The notes under the pieces are model-generated. The model searched no databases and had not been told where the DNA came from. It worked only from the letters and a program-made list of their open reading frames with translations. Below, one piece after another: positions 1 to 10,555 of a stretch of 64,000 nucleotides of DNA (the first letter of the stretch is position 1; each line of letters starts with the position of its first letter). The position numbers and the translations under genes are program-made. The stretch comes from Stegostoma tigrinum (taxonomy: Eukaryota): positions 38,230,078-38,294,077 of the forward strand of contig NC_081366.1 in the NCBI RefSeq assembly GCF_030684315.1, given 5' to 3'.

Positions 1-627
1 ACACTTGCTGTTTTCCTTTCCATAAGAGCTTGATCCTGCCCTTTCATTGAATGCCGTCTATCACCATGAGAACCATGCAGTAGAAAGTAAACGGTCAAAG
101 ATTAAGAAAAGATGACTCGATGACATAAGGGACTGCAAAGGAATACCAATGAGTCTGACAGCAGGATTGTGCACACAGCTGTCTACTCTCTAGCAAATAG
201 ATGTTACTTGAAGAGAAGAGAGTATTAGGTATCAAAGGAATTTGTCCATAGGGTCAGGGAGAAAATGGCTGCCTGGCAGCTCCAGTTCTATAGACCGGGC
301 TGTGTGATCATGACAGACTTGCAGAGGTTTGAACGAAAATCATGCAAGCAGTTATAGGACAGTGCATAATAACAAGTTACACAGCATTAAGAAGGAAACT
401 GTACATTTCTGAAAGAAAAGTTTGTAATATTTTGTGCCTATAAACATGGGTAAGACAAATTACTAAAATACGAAATACTCAATTCCTTTTTCTCTTATTT
501 GTTTTTCTGAAGGTATTAAGCTATAAATGCCATGTAAAGTTAACATTACAGCTTATATATTTGTCCTTTTTGTGCAGTTAATAAATTACTACAAAAACTT
601 TAATTTGATAATAGATTTCCAGTTTAC

Positions 628-715
628 CTCATCAGTCAGCAGAGTTGCAACAGCTCTCCCAATTTGATGATAAGCCATTGCCTTAGTTTTCGGCCCAAGG
701 AGAATGAATAGAAAC
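628..715 (-). CDS. SLC4 bicarbonate transporter (SLC4A4/SLC4A9-like), 6th coding exon in window; gene continues beyond position 1
   Basis: 88-nt exon, tttcag acceptor and gtaaac donor; encodes (R)[29 protein letters not shown], matching NBCe1 [30 protein letters not shown]; phase continues from exon 7111-7268. Confidence 0.93.
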
Positions 716-1087
716 CTGAAAGATAAAAGATAATGAGACATTATTTCTGAGTAGAGCTGCTCCAGACCCACTTTCTGTTTTAGAGTATTTGTGAGGTCTC
801 AACATCTATCTGAACATCAGAGGCACATTGCATGTGTGACCAGGGGCTTTTTGTAAAATCAACCAAGAAACACATTGAAACCTAATAACGAAATAACTTA
901 TAGTATACTTCCATGCTAGACATATGAATTACAGAAAATATAGCACAAACAGGAGCCATTTTGTTCATACAGGGGAATGTATGTCACTGGACAGTTATCC
1001 AGAAATCCACGCTATTGCTCAAGGATAATAAAATGTGAGGCTGGATGAACACAGCAGGCCAAGCAGCATCTCAGGAGCACAAAAGCT

Positions 1088-1115
1088 GACGTTTCGGGCC
1101 TAGACCCTTCATCAG
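1088..1115 (-). ncRNA. minimal type I hammerhead ribozyme motif (PLE family A)
   Basis: Reverse complement reads CTGATGA-A-GGGTCTAGGCCC-GAAACGTC. Confidence 0.75.
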
Positions 1116-1339
1116 AGAGGGGGATGGGGGGAGGGAACTGGAATAAATAGGGAGAGAGGGGGAGGCGGACCGAAGATGGAGAGCAAAGAAGATAGGTGGA
1201 GAGGGTGTAGGTGGGGAGGTAGGGAGGGGATAGGTCAGTCCAGGGAAGACGGACAGGTCAAGGAGGTGGGATGAGGTTAGTAGGTAGCTGGGGGTGCGGC
1301 TGGGGGTGGGAGGAAGGGATGGGTGAGAGGAAGAACCGG

Positions 1340-2926
1340 TTAGGGAGGCAGAGACAGGTTGGACTGGTTTTGGGATGCAGTGGGTGGGGGGGAAGAGCTG
1401 GGCTGGTTGTGTGGTGCAGTGGGGGGAGGGGATGAACTGGGCTGGTTTAGGGATGCAGTGGGGGAAGGGGAGATTTTGAAACTGGTGAAGTCCACATTGA
1501 TACCATATGGCTGCAGGGTTCCCAGGCGGAATATGAGTTGCTGTTCCTGCAACCTTCGGGTGGCATCATTGTGGCAGTGCAGGAGGCCCATGATGGACAT
1601 GTCATCAAGAGAATGGGAGGGGGAGTGGAAATGGTTTGCGACTGGGAGGTGCAGTTGTTTGTTGCGAACTGAGCGGAGGTGTTCTGCAAAGCGGTCCCCA
1701 AGCCTCCGCTTGGTTTCCCCAATGTAGAGAAAGCCGCACCGGGTACAGTGGATGCAGTATACCACATTGGCAGATGTGCAGGTGAACCTCTGCTTAATGT
1801 GGAATGTCATCTTGGGGCCTGGGATGGGGGTGAGGGAGGAGGTGTGGGGACAAGTGTAGCATTTCCTGCGGTTGCAGGGGAAGGTGCCGGGTGTGGTGGG
1901 GTTGGAGGGCAGTGTGGAGCGAACAAGGGAGTCACGGAGAGAGTGGTCTCTCCGGAAAGCAGACAGGGGTGGGGATGGAAAAATGTCTTGGGTGGTGGGG
2001 TCGGATTGTAAATGGCGGAAGTGTCGGAGGATAATGCGTTGTATCCGGAGGTTGGTAGGGTGGTGTGTGAGAACGAGGGGGATCCTCTTGGGGCGGTTGT
2101 GGCGGGGGCGGGGTGTGAGGGATGTGTCGCGGGAAATGCGGGAGACGCGGTCAAGGGCGTTCTCAATCACCGTGGGGGGGAAGTTGCGGTCCTTAAAGAA
2201 CTTGGACATCTGGGATGTGCGGGAGTGGAATGTCTTATCGTGGGAGCAGATGCGGCGGAGGCGGAGGAATTGGGAATAGGGGATGGAGTTTTTGCAGGAG
2301 GGTGGGTGGGAGGAGGTGTATTCTAGGTAGCTGTGGGAGTCGGTGGGCTTGAAATGGACATCAGTTACAAGCTGGTTGCCTGAGATGGAGACTGAGAGGT
2401 CCAGGAAGGTGAGGGATGTGCTGGAGATGGCCCAGGTGAACTGAAGGTTGGGGTGGAAGGTGTTGGTGAAGTGGATGAACTGTTCGAGCTCCTCTGGGGA
2501 GCAAGAGGCGGCGCCGATACAGTCATCAATGTACCGGAGGAAGAGGTGGGGTTTGGGGCCTGTGTAGGTGCGGAAGATGGACTGTTCCACGTAACCTACA
2601 AAGAGGCAGGCATAGCTGGGGCCCATGCGGGTGCCCATGGCCACCCCCTTAGTCTGTAGGAAGTGGGAGGAGTCAAAAGAGAAGTTGTTGAGTGTGAGGA
2701 CGAGTTCCGCTAGGCGGATGAGAGTGTCGGTGGAGGGGGCCTGGTCGGGCCTGCGGGACAGGAAGAAGCGGAGGGCCTTGAGGCCATCTCCATGCGGAAT
2801 GCAGGTGTACAGGGACTGGACGTCCATGGTGAATATGAGGTGTTGGGGGCCAGGGAATTGGAAGTCCTGGAGGAGGTGGAGGGCGTGGGTGGTGTCACGG
2901 ACATAGGTGGGGAGTTCCTGGACCAA
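1340..2926 (-). CDS. PLE reverse transcriptase + GIY-YIG endonuclease, N-terminally truncated
   Basis: 528-aa ORF; the listed start is an internal TTG and the frame is open up to the truncation point. Confidence 0.8.
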   Translation of the reverse strand: MVQELPTYVRDTTHALHLLQDFQFPGPQHLIFTMDVQSLYTCIPHGDGLKALRFFLSRRPDQAPSTDTLIRLAELVLTLNNFSFDSSHFLQTKGVAMGTRMGPSYACLFVGYVEQSIFRTYTGPKPHLFLRYIDDCIGAASCSPEELEQFIHFTNTFHPNLQFTWAISSTSLTFLDLSVSISGNQLVTDVHFKPTDSHSYLEYTSSHPPSCKNSIPYSQFLRLRRICSHDKTFHSRTSQMSKFFKDRNFPPTVIENALDRVSRISRDTSLTPRPRHNRPKRIPLVLTHHPTNLRIQRIILRHFRHLQSDPTTQDIFPSPPLSAFRRDHSLRDSLVRSTLPSNPTTPGTFPCNRRKCYTCPHTSSLTPIPGPKMTFHIKQRFTCTSANVVYCIHCTRCGFLYIGETKRRLGDRFAEHLRSVRNKQLHLPVANHFHSPSHSLDDMSIMGLLHCHNDATRRLQEQQLIFRLGTLQPYGINVDFTSFKISPSPTASLNQPSSSPPPTAPHNQPSSSPPPTASQNQSNLSLPP

Positions 2927-3338
2927 AGGGGAGAAAATGGAGTCCAGATAGGTGGAGATGAGTTCGGTGGGGCAGGAGCAGGCTGAGACGATGGGTCGAC
3001 CAGGGCAGGCAGGTTTGTGGATTTTGGGAAGGAGATAGAAACGGGCTGTGCGGGGTTGGGGAACAATGAGGTTGGAGGCTGTGGGTGGGAGGTCCCCTGA
3101 GGTGATGAAGTCATGAATGGGGCTGTGGGTGGGAGGTCCCCTGAGGTGATGAGGTCATGAATGGAACCTGGACCTCCCACCCACAGCCTCCAACCTCATT
3201 GTTCCCCAACCCCGCACGGCCCGTTTCTATCTCCTTCCCAAAATCCACAAACCTGCCTGCCCTGGTCGACCCATCGTCTCAGCCTGCTCCTGCCCCACCG
3301 AACTCATCTCCACCTATCTGGACTCCATTTTCTCCCCT

Positions 3339-4925
3339 TTGGTCCAGGAACTCCCCACCTATGTCCGTGACACCACCCACGCCCTCCACCTCCTCCAGGA
3401 CTTCCAATTCCCTGGCCCCCAACACCTCATATTCACCATGGACGTCCAGTCCCTGTACACCTGCATTCCGCATGGAGATGGCCTCAAGGCCCTCCGCTTC
3501 TTCCTGTCCCGCAGGCCCGACCAGGCCCCCTCCACCGACACTCTCATCCGCCTAGCGGAACTCGTCCTCACACTCAACAACTTCTCTTTTGACTCCTCCC
3601 ACTTCCTACAGACTAAGGGGGTGGCCATGGGCACCCGCATGGGCCCCAGCTATGCCTGCCTCTTTGTAGGTTACGTGGAACAGTCCATCTTCCGCACCTA
3701 CACAGGCCCCAAACCCCACCTCTTCCTCCGGTACATTGATGACTGTATCGGCGCCGCCTCTTGCTCCCCAGAGGAGCTCGAACAGTTCATCCACTTCACC
3801 AACACCTTCCACCCCAACCTTCAGTTCACCTGGGCCATCTCCAGCACATCCCTCACCTTCCTGGACCTCTCAGTCTCCATCTCAGGCAACCAGCTTGTAA
3901 CTGATGTCCATTTCAAGCCCACCGACTCCCACAGCTACCTAGAATACACCTCCTCCCACCCACCCTCCTGCAAAAACTCCATCCCCTATTCCCAATTCCT
4001 CCGCCTCCGCCGCATCTGCTCCCACGATAAGACATTCCACTCCCGCACATCCCAGATGTCCAAGTTCTTTAAGGACCGCAACTTCCCCCCCACGGTGATT
4101 GAGAACGCCCTTGACCGCGTCTCCCGCATTTCCCGCGACACATCCCTCACACCCCGCCCCCGCCACAACCGCCCCAAGAGGATCCCCCTCGTTCTCACAC
4201 ACCACCCTACCAACCTCCGGATACAACGCATTATCCTCCGACACTTCCGCCATTTACAATCCGACCCCACCACCCAAGACATTTTTCCATCCCCACCCCT
4301 GTCTGCTTTCCGGAGAGACCACTCTCTCCGTGACTCCCTTGTTCGCTCCACACTGCCCTCCAACCCCACCACACCCGGCACCTTCCCCTGCAACCGCAGG
4401 AAATGCTACACTTGTCCCCACACCTCCTCCCTCACCCCCATCCCAGGCCCCAAGATGACATTCCACATTAAGCAGAGGTTCACCTGCACATCTGCCAATG
4501 TGGTATACTGCATCCACTGTACCCGGTGCGGCTTTCTCTACATTGGGGAAACCAAGCGGAGGCTTGGGGACCGCTTTGCAGAACACCTCCGCTCAGTTCG
4601 CAACAAACAACTGCACCTCCCAGTCGCAAACCATTTCCACTCCCCCTCCCATTCTCTTGATGACATGTCCATCATGGGCCTCCTGCACTGCCACAATGAT
4701 GCCACCCGAAGGTTGCAGGAACAGCAACTCATATTCCGCCTGGGAACCCTGCAGCCATCTGGTATCAATGTGGACTTCACCAGTTTCAAAATCTCCCCTT
4801 CCCCCACTGCATCCCTAAACCAGCCCAGTTCATCCCCTCCCCCCACTGCACCACACAACCAGCCCAGCTCTTCCCCCCCACCCACTGCATCCCAAAACCA
4901 GTCCAACCTGTCTCTGCCTCCCTAA
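3339..4925 (+). CDS. PLE reverse transcriptase + GIY-YIG endonuclease, N-terminally truncated
   Basis: 528-aa ORF, mirror of 1340-2926; YIDD catalytic motif intact. Confidence 0.8.
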   Translation: MVQELPTYVRDTTHALHLLQDFQFPGPQHLIFTMDVQSLYTCIPHGDGLKALRFFLSRRPDQAPSTDTLIRLAELVLTLNNFSFDSSHFLQTKGVAMGTRMGPSYACLFVGYVEQSIFRTYTGPKPHLFLRYIDDCIGAASCSPEELEQFIHFTNTFHPNLQFTWAISSTSLTFLDLSVSISGNQLVTDVHFKPTDSHSYLEYTSSHPPSCKNSIPYSQFLRLRRICSHDKTFHSRTSQMSKFFKDRNFPPTVIENALDRVSRISRDTSLTPRPRHNRPKRIPLVLTHHPTNLRIQRIILRHFRHLQSDPTTQDIFPSPPLSAFRRDHSLRDSLVRSTLPSNPTTPGTFPCNRRKCYTCPHTSSLTPIPGPKMTFHIKQRFTCTSANVVYCIHCTRCGFLYIGETKRRLGDRFAEHLRSVRNKQLHLPVANHFHSPSHSLDDMSIMGLLHCHNDATRRLQEQQLIFRLGTLQPSGINVDFTSFKISPSPTASLNQPSSSPPPTAPHNQPSSSPPPTASQNQSNLSLPP

Positions 4926-5149
4926 CCGGTTCTTCCTCTCACCCATCCCTTCCTCCCACCCCCAGCCGCACCCCCAGCTACCTACTAACCTCATCCCACC
5001 TCCTTGACCTGTCCGTCTTCCCTGGACTGACCTATCCCCTCCCTACCTCCCCACCTACACCCTCTCCACCTATCTTCTTTGCTCTCCATCTTCGGTCCGC
5101 CTCCCCCTCTCTCCCTATTTATTCCAGTTCCCTCCCCCCATCCCCCTCT

Positions 5150-5177
5150 CTGATGAAGGGTCTAGGCCCGAAACGTC
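5150..5177 (+). ncRNA. minimal type I hammerhead ribozyme motif (PLE family A)
   Basis: CTGATGA core, stem II GGG/CCC, GAAA, palindromic ACGT stem III, GTC cleavage triplet ending at 5177. Confidence 0.75.
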
Positions 5178-7110
5178 AGCTTTTGTGCTCCTGAGATGCT
5201 GCTTGGCCTGCTGTGTTCATCCAGCCTCACATTTTATTATCTTGGAATCTCCAGCATCTGCAGTTCCCATTATCTCTGATACTATTGCTCAAGGATACAG
5301 GTTTGAATCCCACCATGGTCAAGTAGTGAAATTAGAATTCAATAAAAATTCTGGAATTCAAAATTAGCTCAATGGTGTTCATGTCAATTGCCTTAAAAAT
5401 CATCTGGTTCACTAACACCCTTTAGGGAATGAAATCTGCCATCCTTACCTGGTCTGACCTACATATGACTCCACAGCACAGTAATGTGGTTGACTCTGAA
5501 CTACCCTCTGGGCAATAAGGGATGGACAATAAGTGCTGGCTGAGCCAGCAATGAATGATGTGAAATAAAGCTATATCAGTGCTAGAATTTGTATAGTAAA
5601 ATATAATCAAGTTCGGTTTGGGAAAAAGTTTGAACAAGTGCAGGAGCAGATTACAAAATTTAACCCTGCCGAACAAAATTAATGCATAGCTTTACAAAGA
5701 AAAATGGCACCAATAAAAGTTTACCTTCCCTGTATTTTAGGCATATCATAACCCATTGTTTTTAGCATTTTCTACCATGTGAAATTGAAAGGTTGATCAT
5801 ATTACAATTGTTGATTGTTCTGAAGCTATTGCATGCATCATGTGTCTTTCATTGTTATGTAAAAGAAAGACTGGCAACTGTGGAAACAGAGCTCTGTAAA
5901 GCAGAACAACATTTGACTAGGAGCTGTCAAAATCAGAAACTCACTTGGAAATCAATTTAAACATAAGCATAAAACTTATTGGCCTTTCTCTTCCAATAAG
6001 GAGATAATTGTTACTGCAGTATAGATAAGAGATATGCACAGGAGCCAAGCAGAAGTCCCAAAGCGGCTGACTCTGCCTTATAATGGTCAGGAAGTTGAAG
6101 ATTCTGCCTAAAAAAAGGTCCCCAACTCTGAGTTATTGTTGGAGACTTCAAATGGTTCCTGCTCATGTACTTAAATAGTCATGCAGGAAAACCAAGAATA
6201 ATCAAAAGCTGCTCTGATCCCTGCGTAACTACAAAACCACCCCCTACAACTCACCACCGCTCTCTCCCACTGATTAAGTGTTCCCAAACTCCCATAGACA
6301 CTGATACCTGCCCTAGGTCAACCTGTGAGCCCTCCCCCACCCGACCCCTGCTCTGCCACAAGGACCTCACCCAAGTTACTGCCCAGGACCCCTGACAAAA
6401 GAAGGAGACTCACAACCCAATACCACTTGCCCAAAATATACCCCAGCACACAGCCTGACCTAACCGCCAACACACCCAAAAAGATGATCCCCGATGTCCC
6501 GCAATCCGATGCCCCCGATTTGTCACCTCTCCCGACCTGAAGCCCCACCCAAATTTGACCACTAACATTTCTCCCACCAGCTCCTCACCTGACATTGCGC
6601 CTGACATTCCCCTCCTCCTCCTGTCCTAACATCCCCCCAACTTGACCACCAATCTCCATCAGCTCAGACTCAAACCCTGACACCCCGATGTCTATGTTGC
6701 CCCGCTCTACTCTGAAAGGTTTTCCTCCACTATGGTAGGAGAAGCATGGCCAGGAGCCTTCCAGCCAGGAAGTCCCCAGCAAAAGGTGCTGTGATCCCAC
6801 AGTCACTCAACTTTTCTTTGTTTTTGCACAATATGGTGAAAAACGGCATCACTAAAATCCTGTGGGATCCTGCCCTGTTCCCAGCTGACCATGAAAAACT
6901 CATGGAGTTTAATATGTTGGGCACAGTCACCATGCCTCAAATAGCCTTGCCACAACCACTGCTTGGACTCATACTGGCAGCGTGTCATCCAGGACCATGC
7001 AGAGAATTGACAGAGAACCACATCCCAAAGCAAGTCAACGGGAAATGGTGATTTCATTTGTGATTAAAATAATATTTGCAACAATAACTGATATAATACA
7101 CTATCCTTAC

Positions 7111-7268
7111 CTGGTTGGTAGTGGGACCTCCGTAAGAGCCCCTAGGATCATTGCCTGCTTTAATCGTACAAAGGCAACAAATGGCTTCTCCAAAAAATCT
7201 ACTTCACCCACAAGCACATTTGCAGCTTCAGCACCTTCAGGGATCTGCTTCTTGAAAGTATTTTTCAA
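7111..7268 (-). CDS. SLC4 transporter, 5th coding exon
   Basis: 158 nt, ttttag/gtaagg; [52 protein letters not shown](R), the conserved SLC4 N-terminal cytosolic core. Confidence 0.95.
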
Positions 7269-7479
7269 CTAAAATAATAAATTCAGAAATGTGAACGTAA
7301 CTTTGGTGAAATTATAACGGATTTTAGTTTTCAACTCATAAAATAATAATTGGCAAAAACAGTAAACTTATTTCTCTTTCAAAAATCAGAAAATAATTAA
7401 GCTAACACAAGTTCCTACGTTGAGCAGTATCAAAGCAGATACATGTGCCTTGTCTTTTGCAAGCAAGTGATGGAGCCCA

Positions 7480-9140
7480 GGGCTGAAATCTTCCAAGTCC
7501 CTGAATGACATGAACTTCAGTGAAAATGTCGGCAAAATCGAGAGAGATCATCAGTCATGAGATTGTTGACATCAAGAGCAAGATGCCTGTTATCTAAATA
7601 GTAGATAACGATTCTAAACAACTGTTGAACTTTGAGACAAGATCTGACTTGCGAACGATGGTAGGTGTATTTACATCCACTTGCATGAATTGACATAATT
7701 CAGATTCTTAGTTAATCTCACTTTATTTACACACAGTTTCCCATTTTCCCACCTACCGATGGAAACTGGACAGTGATAATTCCAGACATGAAAGTCTGAG
7801 TGGCCACCTGGTTACTCCAGCTCACCACTTACTCTCCTGGCCCTGCAGGTTGCACCCCAATTGCCAACATCTTAGGGCACACTCCATGGGCAGCAACTGC
7901 AAGCACTCACCACCACCCGTATCCCCGGGCATTGGCATCAGATAGGAACCAGTCTCCCACAACCTCATGGGATATCTACAAATCGCTTGCAAGATAGTTC
8001 TGCACTTCAGTGCTGCATTTTGCCGCACCTTTCATTGGAAGGCTGCTGCCAAGGCACTTTGCACACAGTGATGGTTACACGCTTCAGGTTTGGCCAGGGT
8101 GCATCTCGGCACACCTCGCTTGCTTCACAGGATGGGTGGCAGTTTGGGATTATTAAGACACCATTCACAGAGGACTCTTATTCCGATGCTGGCTCATTTG
8201 GCATCACCGAGACAGGTCACTGGCCAGATCCAGAATTCTTTCTTCGGAGCAGGTGAGAAGCCAATGACTGGACACTCCACCACCCTCCCTGGCCCTCTCC
8301 ACCCTAGTCTGGAACAAAAGCAGGAGAGACTGAGGGAGATGAAAGTGGCTGGCATGGCTGTTGATTGGTACAGGTTACAGAAAGATGGCAAGGTCTCCAA
8401 AGTGAGTGAGTAGACAATACAGAGGCTAAGCCAGGCTAGTAGTGTGGAGGGATTGGGTGGGTGAGAGTGGGTGAGGGAAGATGTTGCAGGCAATAGTGAA
8501 AGTGGCAAACCATAGGTCTTGGTGGGAGGTGGGTATAGTAGCAGAGATAGAGTGAGTGGGGCAGATGAGAGTGAAGAGAGTGGCACTTACCTCACAGAGC
8601 AAAGAAGCTCATGAACTTTCTTATGGCATTTCTGGACATTCCTCTGGATCATTGACACTGGACTGACCCAGGTAGTAACTTTAGACTGGGCTGGCAGCGT
8701 TGAGGTTCCCTCTGGCAGCCATGAGGGAAGCGGGCAGCCTCCTCTGAACCACCCTCTCCACCAGGATCTCTAGATCCTTATCAACAAAGCCTGTGCCAAT
8801 TTTTCCTCAATCATCTCCAGGGAAATTCATACAAAGCATGCAGGGTGACTCTGAACTGGCAGCATTTTACAAATGGAGCCAGTACAGGGAATCCGGGGAA
8901 TTGCCAGGAGGGGTGAGTACTTCTGCCTGTGGCAAAGGGAGAGATACACTAAGCGGCTCTCCATAGGAGTGATTTGGAGGCATGTTTTGGAGAGTAGCAT
9001 GAGAAATCTTGCTTGAGCTCAGAAAGAAGCCCTCCATGAAACTCACCAAAATTGACCACTGATTTCTAGTAACATTCAGTTCAAAAAGTCTGAAACTTTT
9101 TCTGAGCTGTGTCTTAATCAGATCAACATTGTCCCTCTAT
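7480..9140 (-). mobile_element. degenerate PIF/Harbinger-like DNA transposon with Myb/SANT-like ORF remnant
   Basis: GC-richer block; minus-strand 8590-8810 gives F.DKDLEILVERVVQRR...W...VSMIQRNVQKCHKKVHELL followed by gtaagt, resembling Harbinger Myb-like proteins; boundaries approximate. Confidence 0.45.
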
Positions 9141-9907
9141 CATTAGGTTAGGAAGTCAAATTCGATATCAGAGACCTGGGTTCAAAAATCAAGGTAACTC
9201 TTCAATACTCTATTAAGGCAACGTGGCATTGTTGGAGATGCTATCTTTCACATTAAAAAATGGATCTTGTTAGAACAATGCAACTTAAGGACAAAATGTT
9301 TATATGATGGAATCTGAGGGTAAACAGACTGATTCCTGTAGTGGATACGTCAAGAAAGATAATGAGAAAAATGATGAGGGTTAATCCAAGGGATTCAGAA
9401 CAATAAGCAGGAATAACCTTCTCGTGCTGCAAGAGTTGTCTGTGGGATTTGTTTCCAGTTTTGGTAGCTGAGGCAAAAAAAAAATCAATATTCATGATTA
9501 AATTGGATAGGTGGATGAAGAAAGAGAGGACAAGTAAATTTGCTAACAGATGAGAAAGTGTAATTATGAACCCTTGCTTGTGGGCAGAGCTTTTGGGAGT
9601 AAAAGCCAAAGATCTAATTGCGTTTTTTCGACCATATAGCTATTTCTGTTGTAATTTCCATGTATTCCCTCCATACCTTTCTGCGTATTTGTTTGCTGAC
9701 CATGAGAATTTCATATTATATCAAGGGACCTATGATCTAGCAAGGTAACTATTGAACTCTATAACTATTACTATTGATATGATATTACATTAAAATTACT
9801 ACACTTTTATTGATTAGTTTGTTGACATGAATAATGTCTTAGAAACTTCAAAATAACCACAGTTTCTGCTGAGAGAGGTTTGAGAAAGCAAACCATGTGA
9901 AAAATAC

Positions 9908-9984
9908 CTGTTCCTGGAGAGGTTTCTCTGAGATTTCATTTGTGAACTCTGCAGTTGTGTTCGAATTCAAGGGAGCAGATTTAT
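9908..9984 (-). CDS. SLC4 transporter, 4th coding exon (variable linker)
   Basis: 77 nt, gttcag/gtattt; (N)KSAPLNSNTTAEFTNEISEKPLQEQ, resembling NBCe1 ...SLNDISDKPEKDQ; phase 1 in and phase 0 out fit both neighbours. Confidence 0.85.
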
Positions 9985-10324
9985 CTGAACAGAAAGGTAA
10001 AATATCTTATCAAAATATAGTTTTAATTAGTTTCTCAAACTTATAAACTTTATCAAAACATAATTGACTGACTTGTGAGACCCTACTAAAATATTCCTGG
10101 TAACAGAAATACTAGTGGTGGAAACAAGTTTATCTGCTGGTCAGCATTTAGTAATATATGCAAGTTTTCAGATATTTAGCTTTTATTTTACATTTATTTT
10201 TATCTACTGACATAGCTTTCTTTTTACTACGATATAAATCAAACTAGAATAGCTAGACACTCAAACATACAGCAAAAAATCAGTTCTGGACGTTGTCACT
10301 GTATTATGAGACATAGAATATTTA

Positions 10325-10555
10325 AATAGGATAGGAACATATAAATAGGAGTAGGACATTCAGCCCCTCGATCCTTTACCACTATTTAATGAGATCAGGG
10401 CTGATCTGTAGCCTAACTCCATATACCTGCCTTTCACCTATATCTTTTCATACCTTTGCTTAACAAAAATGTATTTATCTTGGATTTGAAATTAACAACT
10501 GTTCTATCATCAACTGCATTTAAGGAAGCAAATTCCTAATATCTATTGTCCTTTG
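10325..10555 (-). mobile_element. CR1-like LINE 3' fragment
   Basis: aataggagtaggacattcagcccctcga...gctgatctg pattern typical of an antisense CR1 3' end. Confidence 0.6.

Larger units (their letters stand above)
1024..3164 (-). mobile_element. Penelope-like retroelement (Neptune-like), 5'-truncated, left arm of inverted pair
   Basis: Uninterrupted frame (ORF 1340-2926 and upstream) with RT motifs (KIHK, GRPI, MDVQSLY, GVAMGT, RYIDD), Cys-rich linker CNRRKCYTC, GIY-YIG (VVYCIHCTRCGFLYIGET) and a 3' UTR with hammerhead motif. Confidence 0.95.
3170..5281 (+). mobile_element. Penelope-like retroelement (Neptune-like), 5'-truncated, right arm of inverted pair with extra 40-nt tail
   Basis: Reverse complement of 1024-3095; ORF 3339-4925 differs from the left arm by one residue; direct repeat ctattgctcaag(gata) at 1012-1027 and 5282-5297 flanks the pair. 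Confidence 0.95.
980..5565 (+). mobile_element. tRNA-derived SINE with L2-type tail, split by the PLE palindrome (pieces about 980-1023 and 5282-5565)
   Basis: B-box-like ggtttgaatccc at about 5300; body ccttacctggtctgacctacatatgactcc and tail resemble the uninterrupted copy at 63590-63930. Confidence 0.7.

Noticed and set aside
1359-4906. Many 60-156 aa ORFs overlapping the PLE ORFs
   Set aside because: Antisense or alternative-frame by-products of a GC-rich, strand-skewed element, duplicated by the palindrome
3339-4925. Treating the 528-aa ORF as a complete autonomous protein or a domesticated gene
   Set aside because: Start is an internal TTG; the copy at 24254-26580 shows more N-terminal coding sequence (DKG motif) that is missing here
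6200-6720. Pro/Thr-rich ORFs and loose cctgac/cccgat repeats
   Set aside because: Low-complexity C-rich degenerate repeat with no splice or protein support; not a regular array
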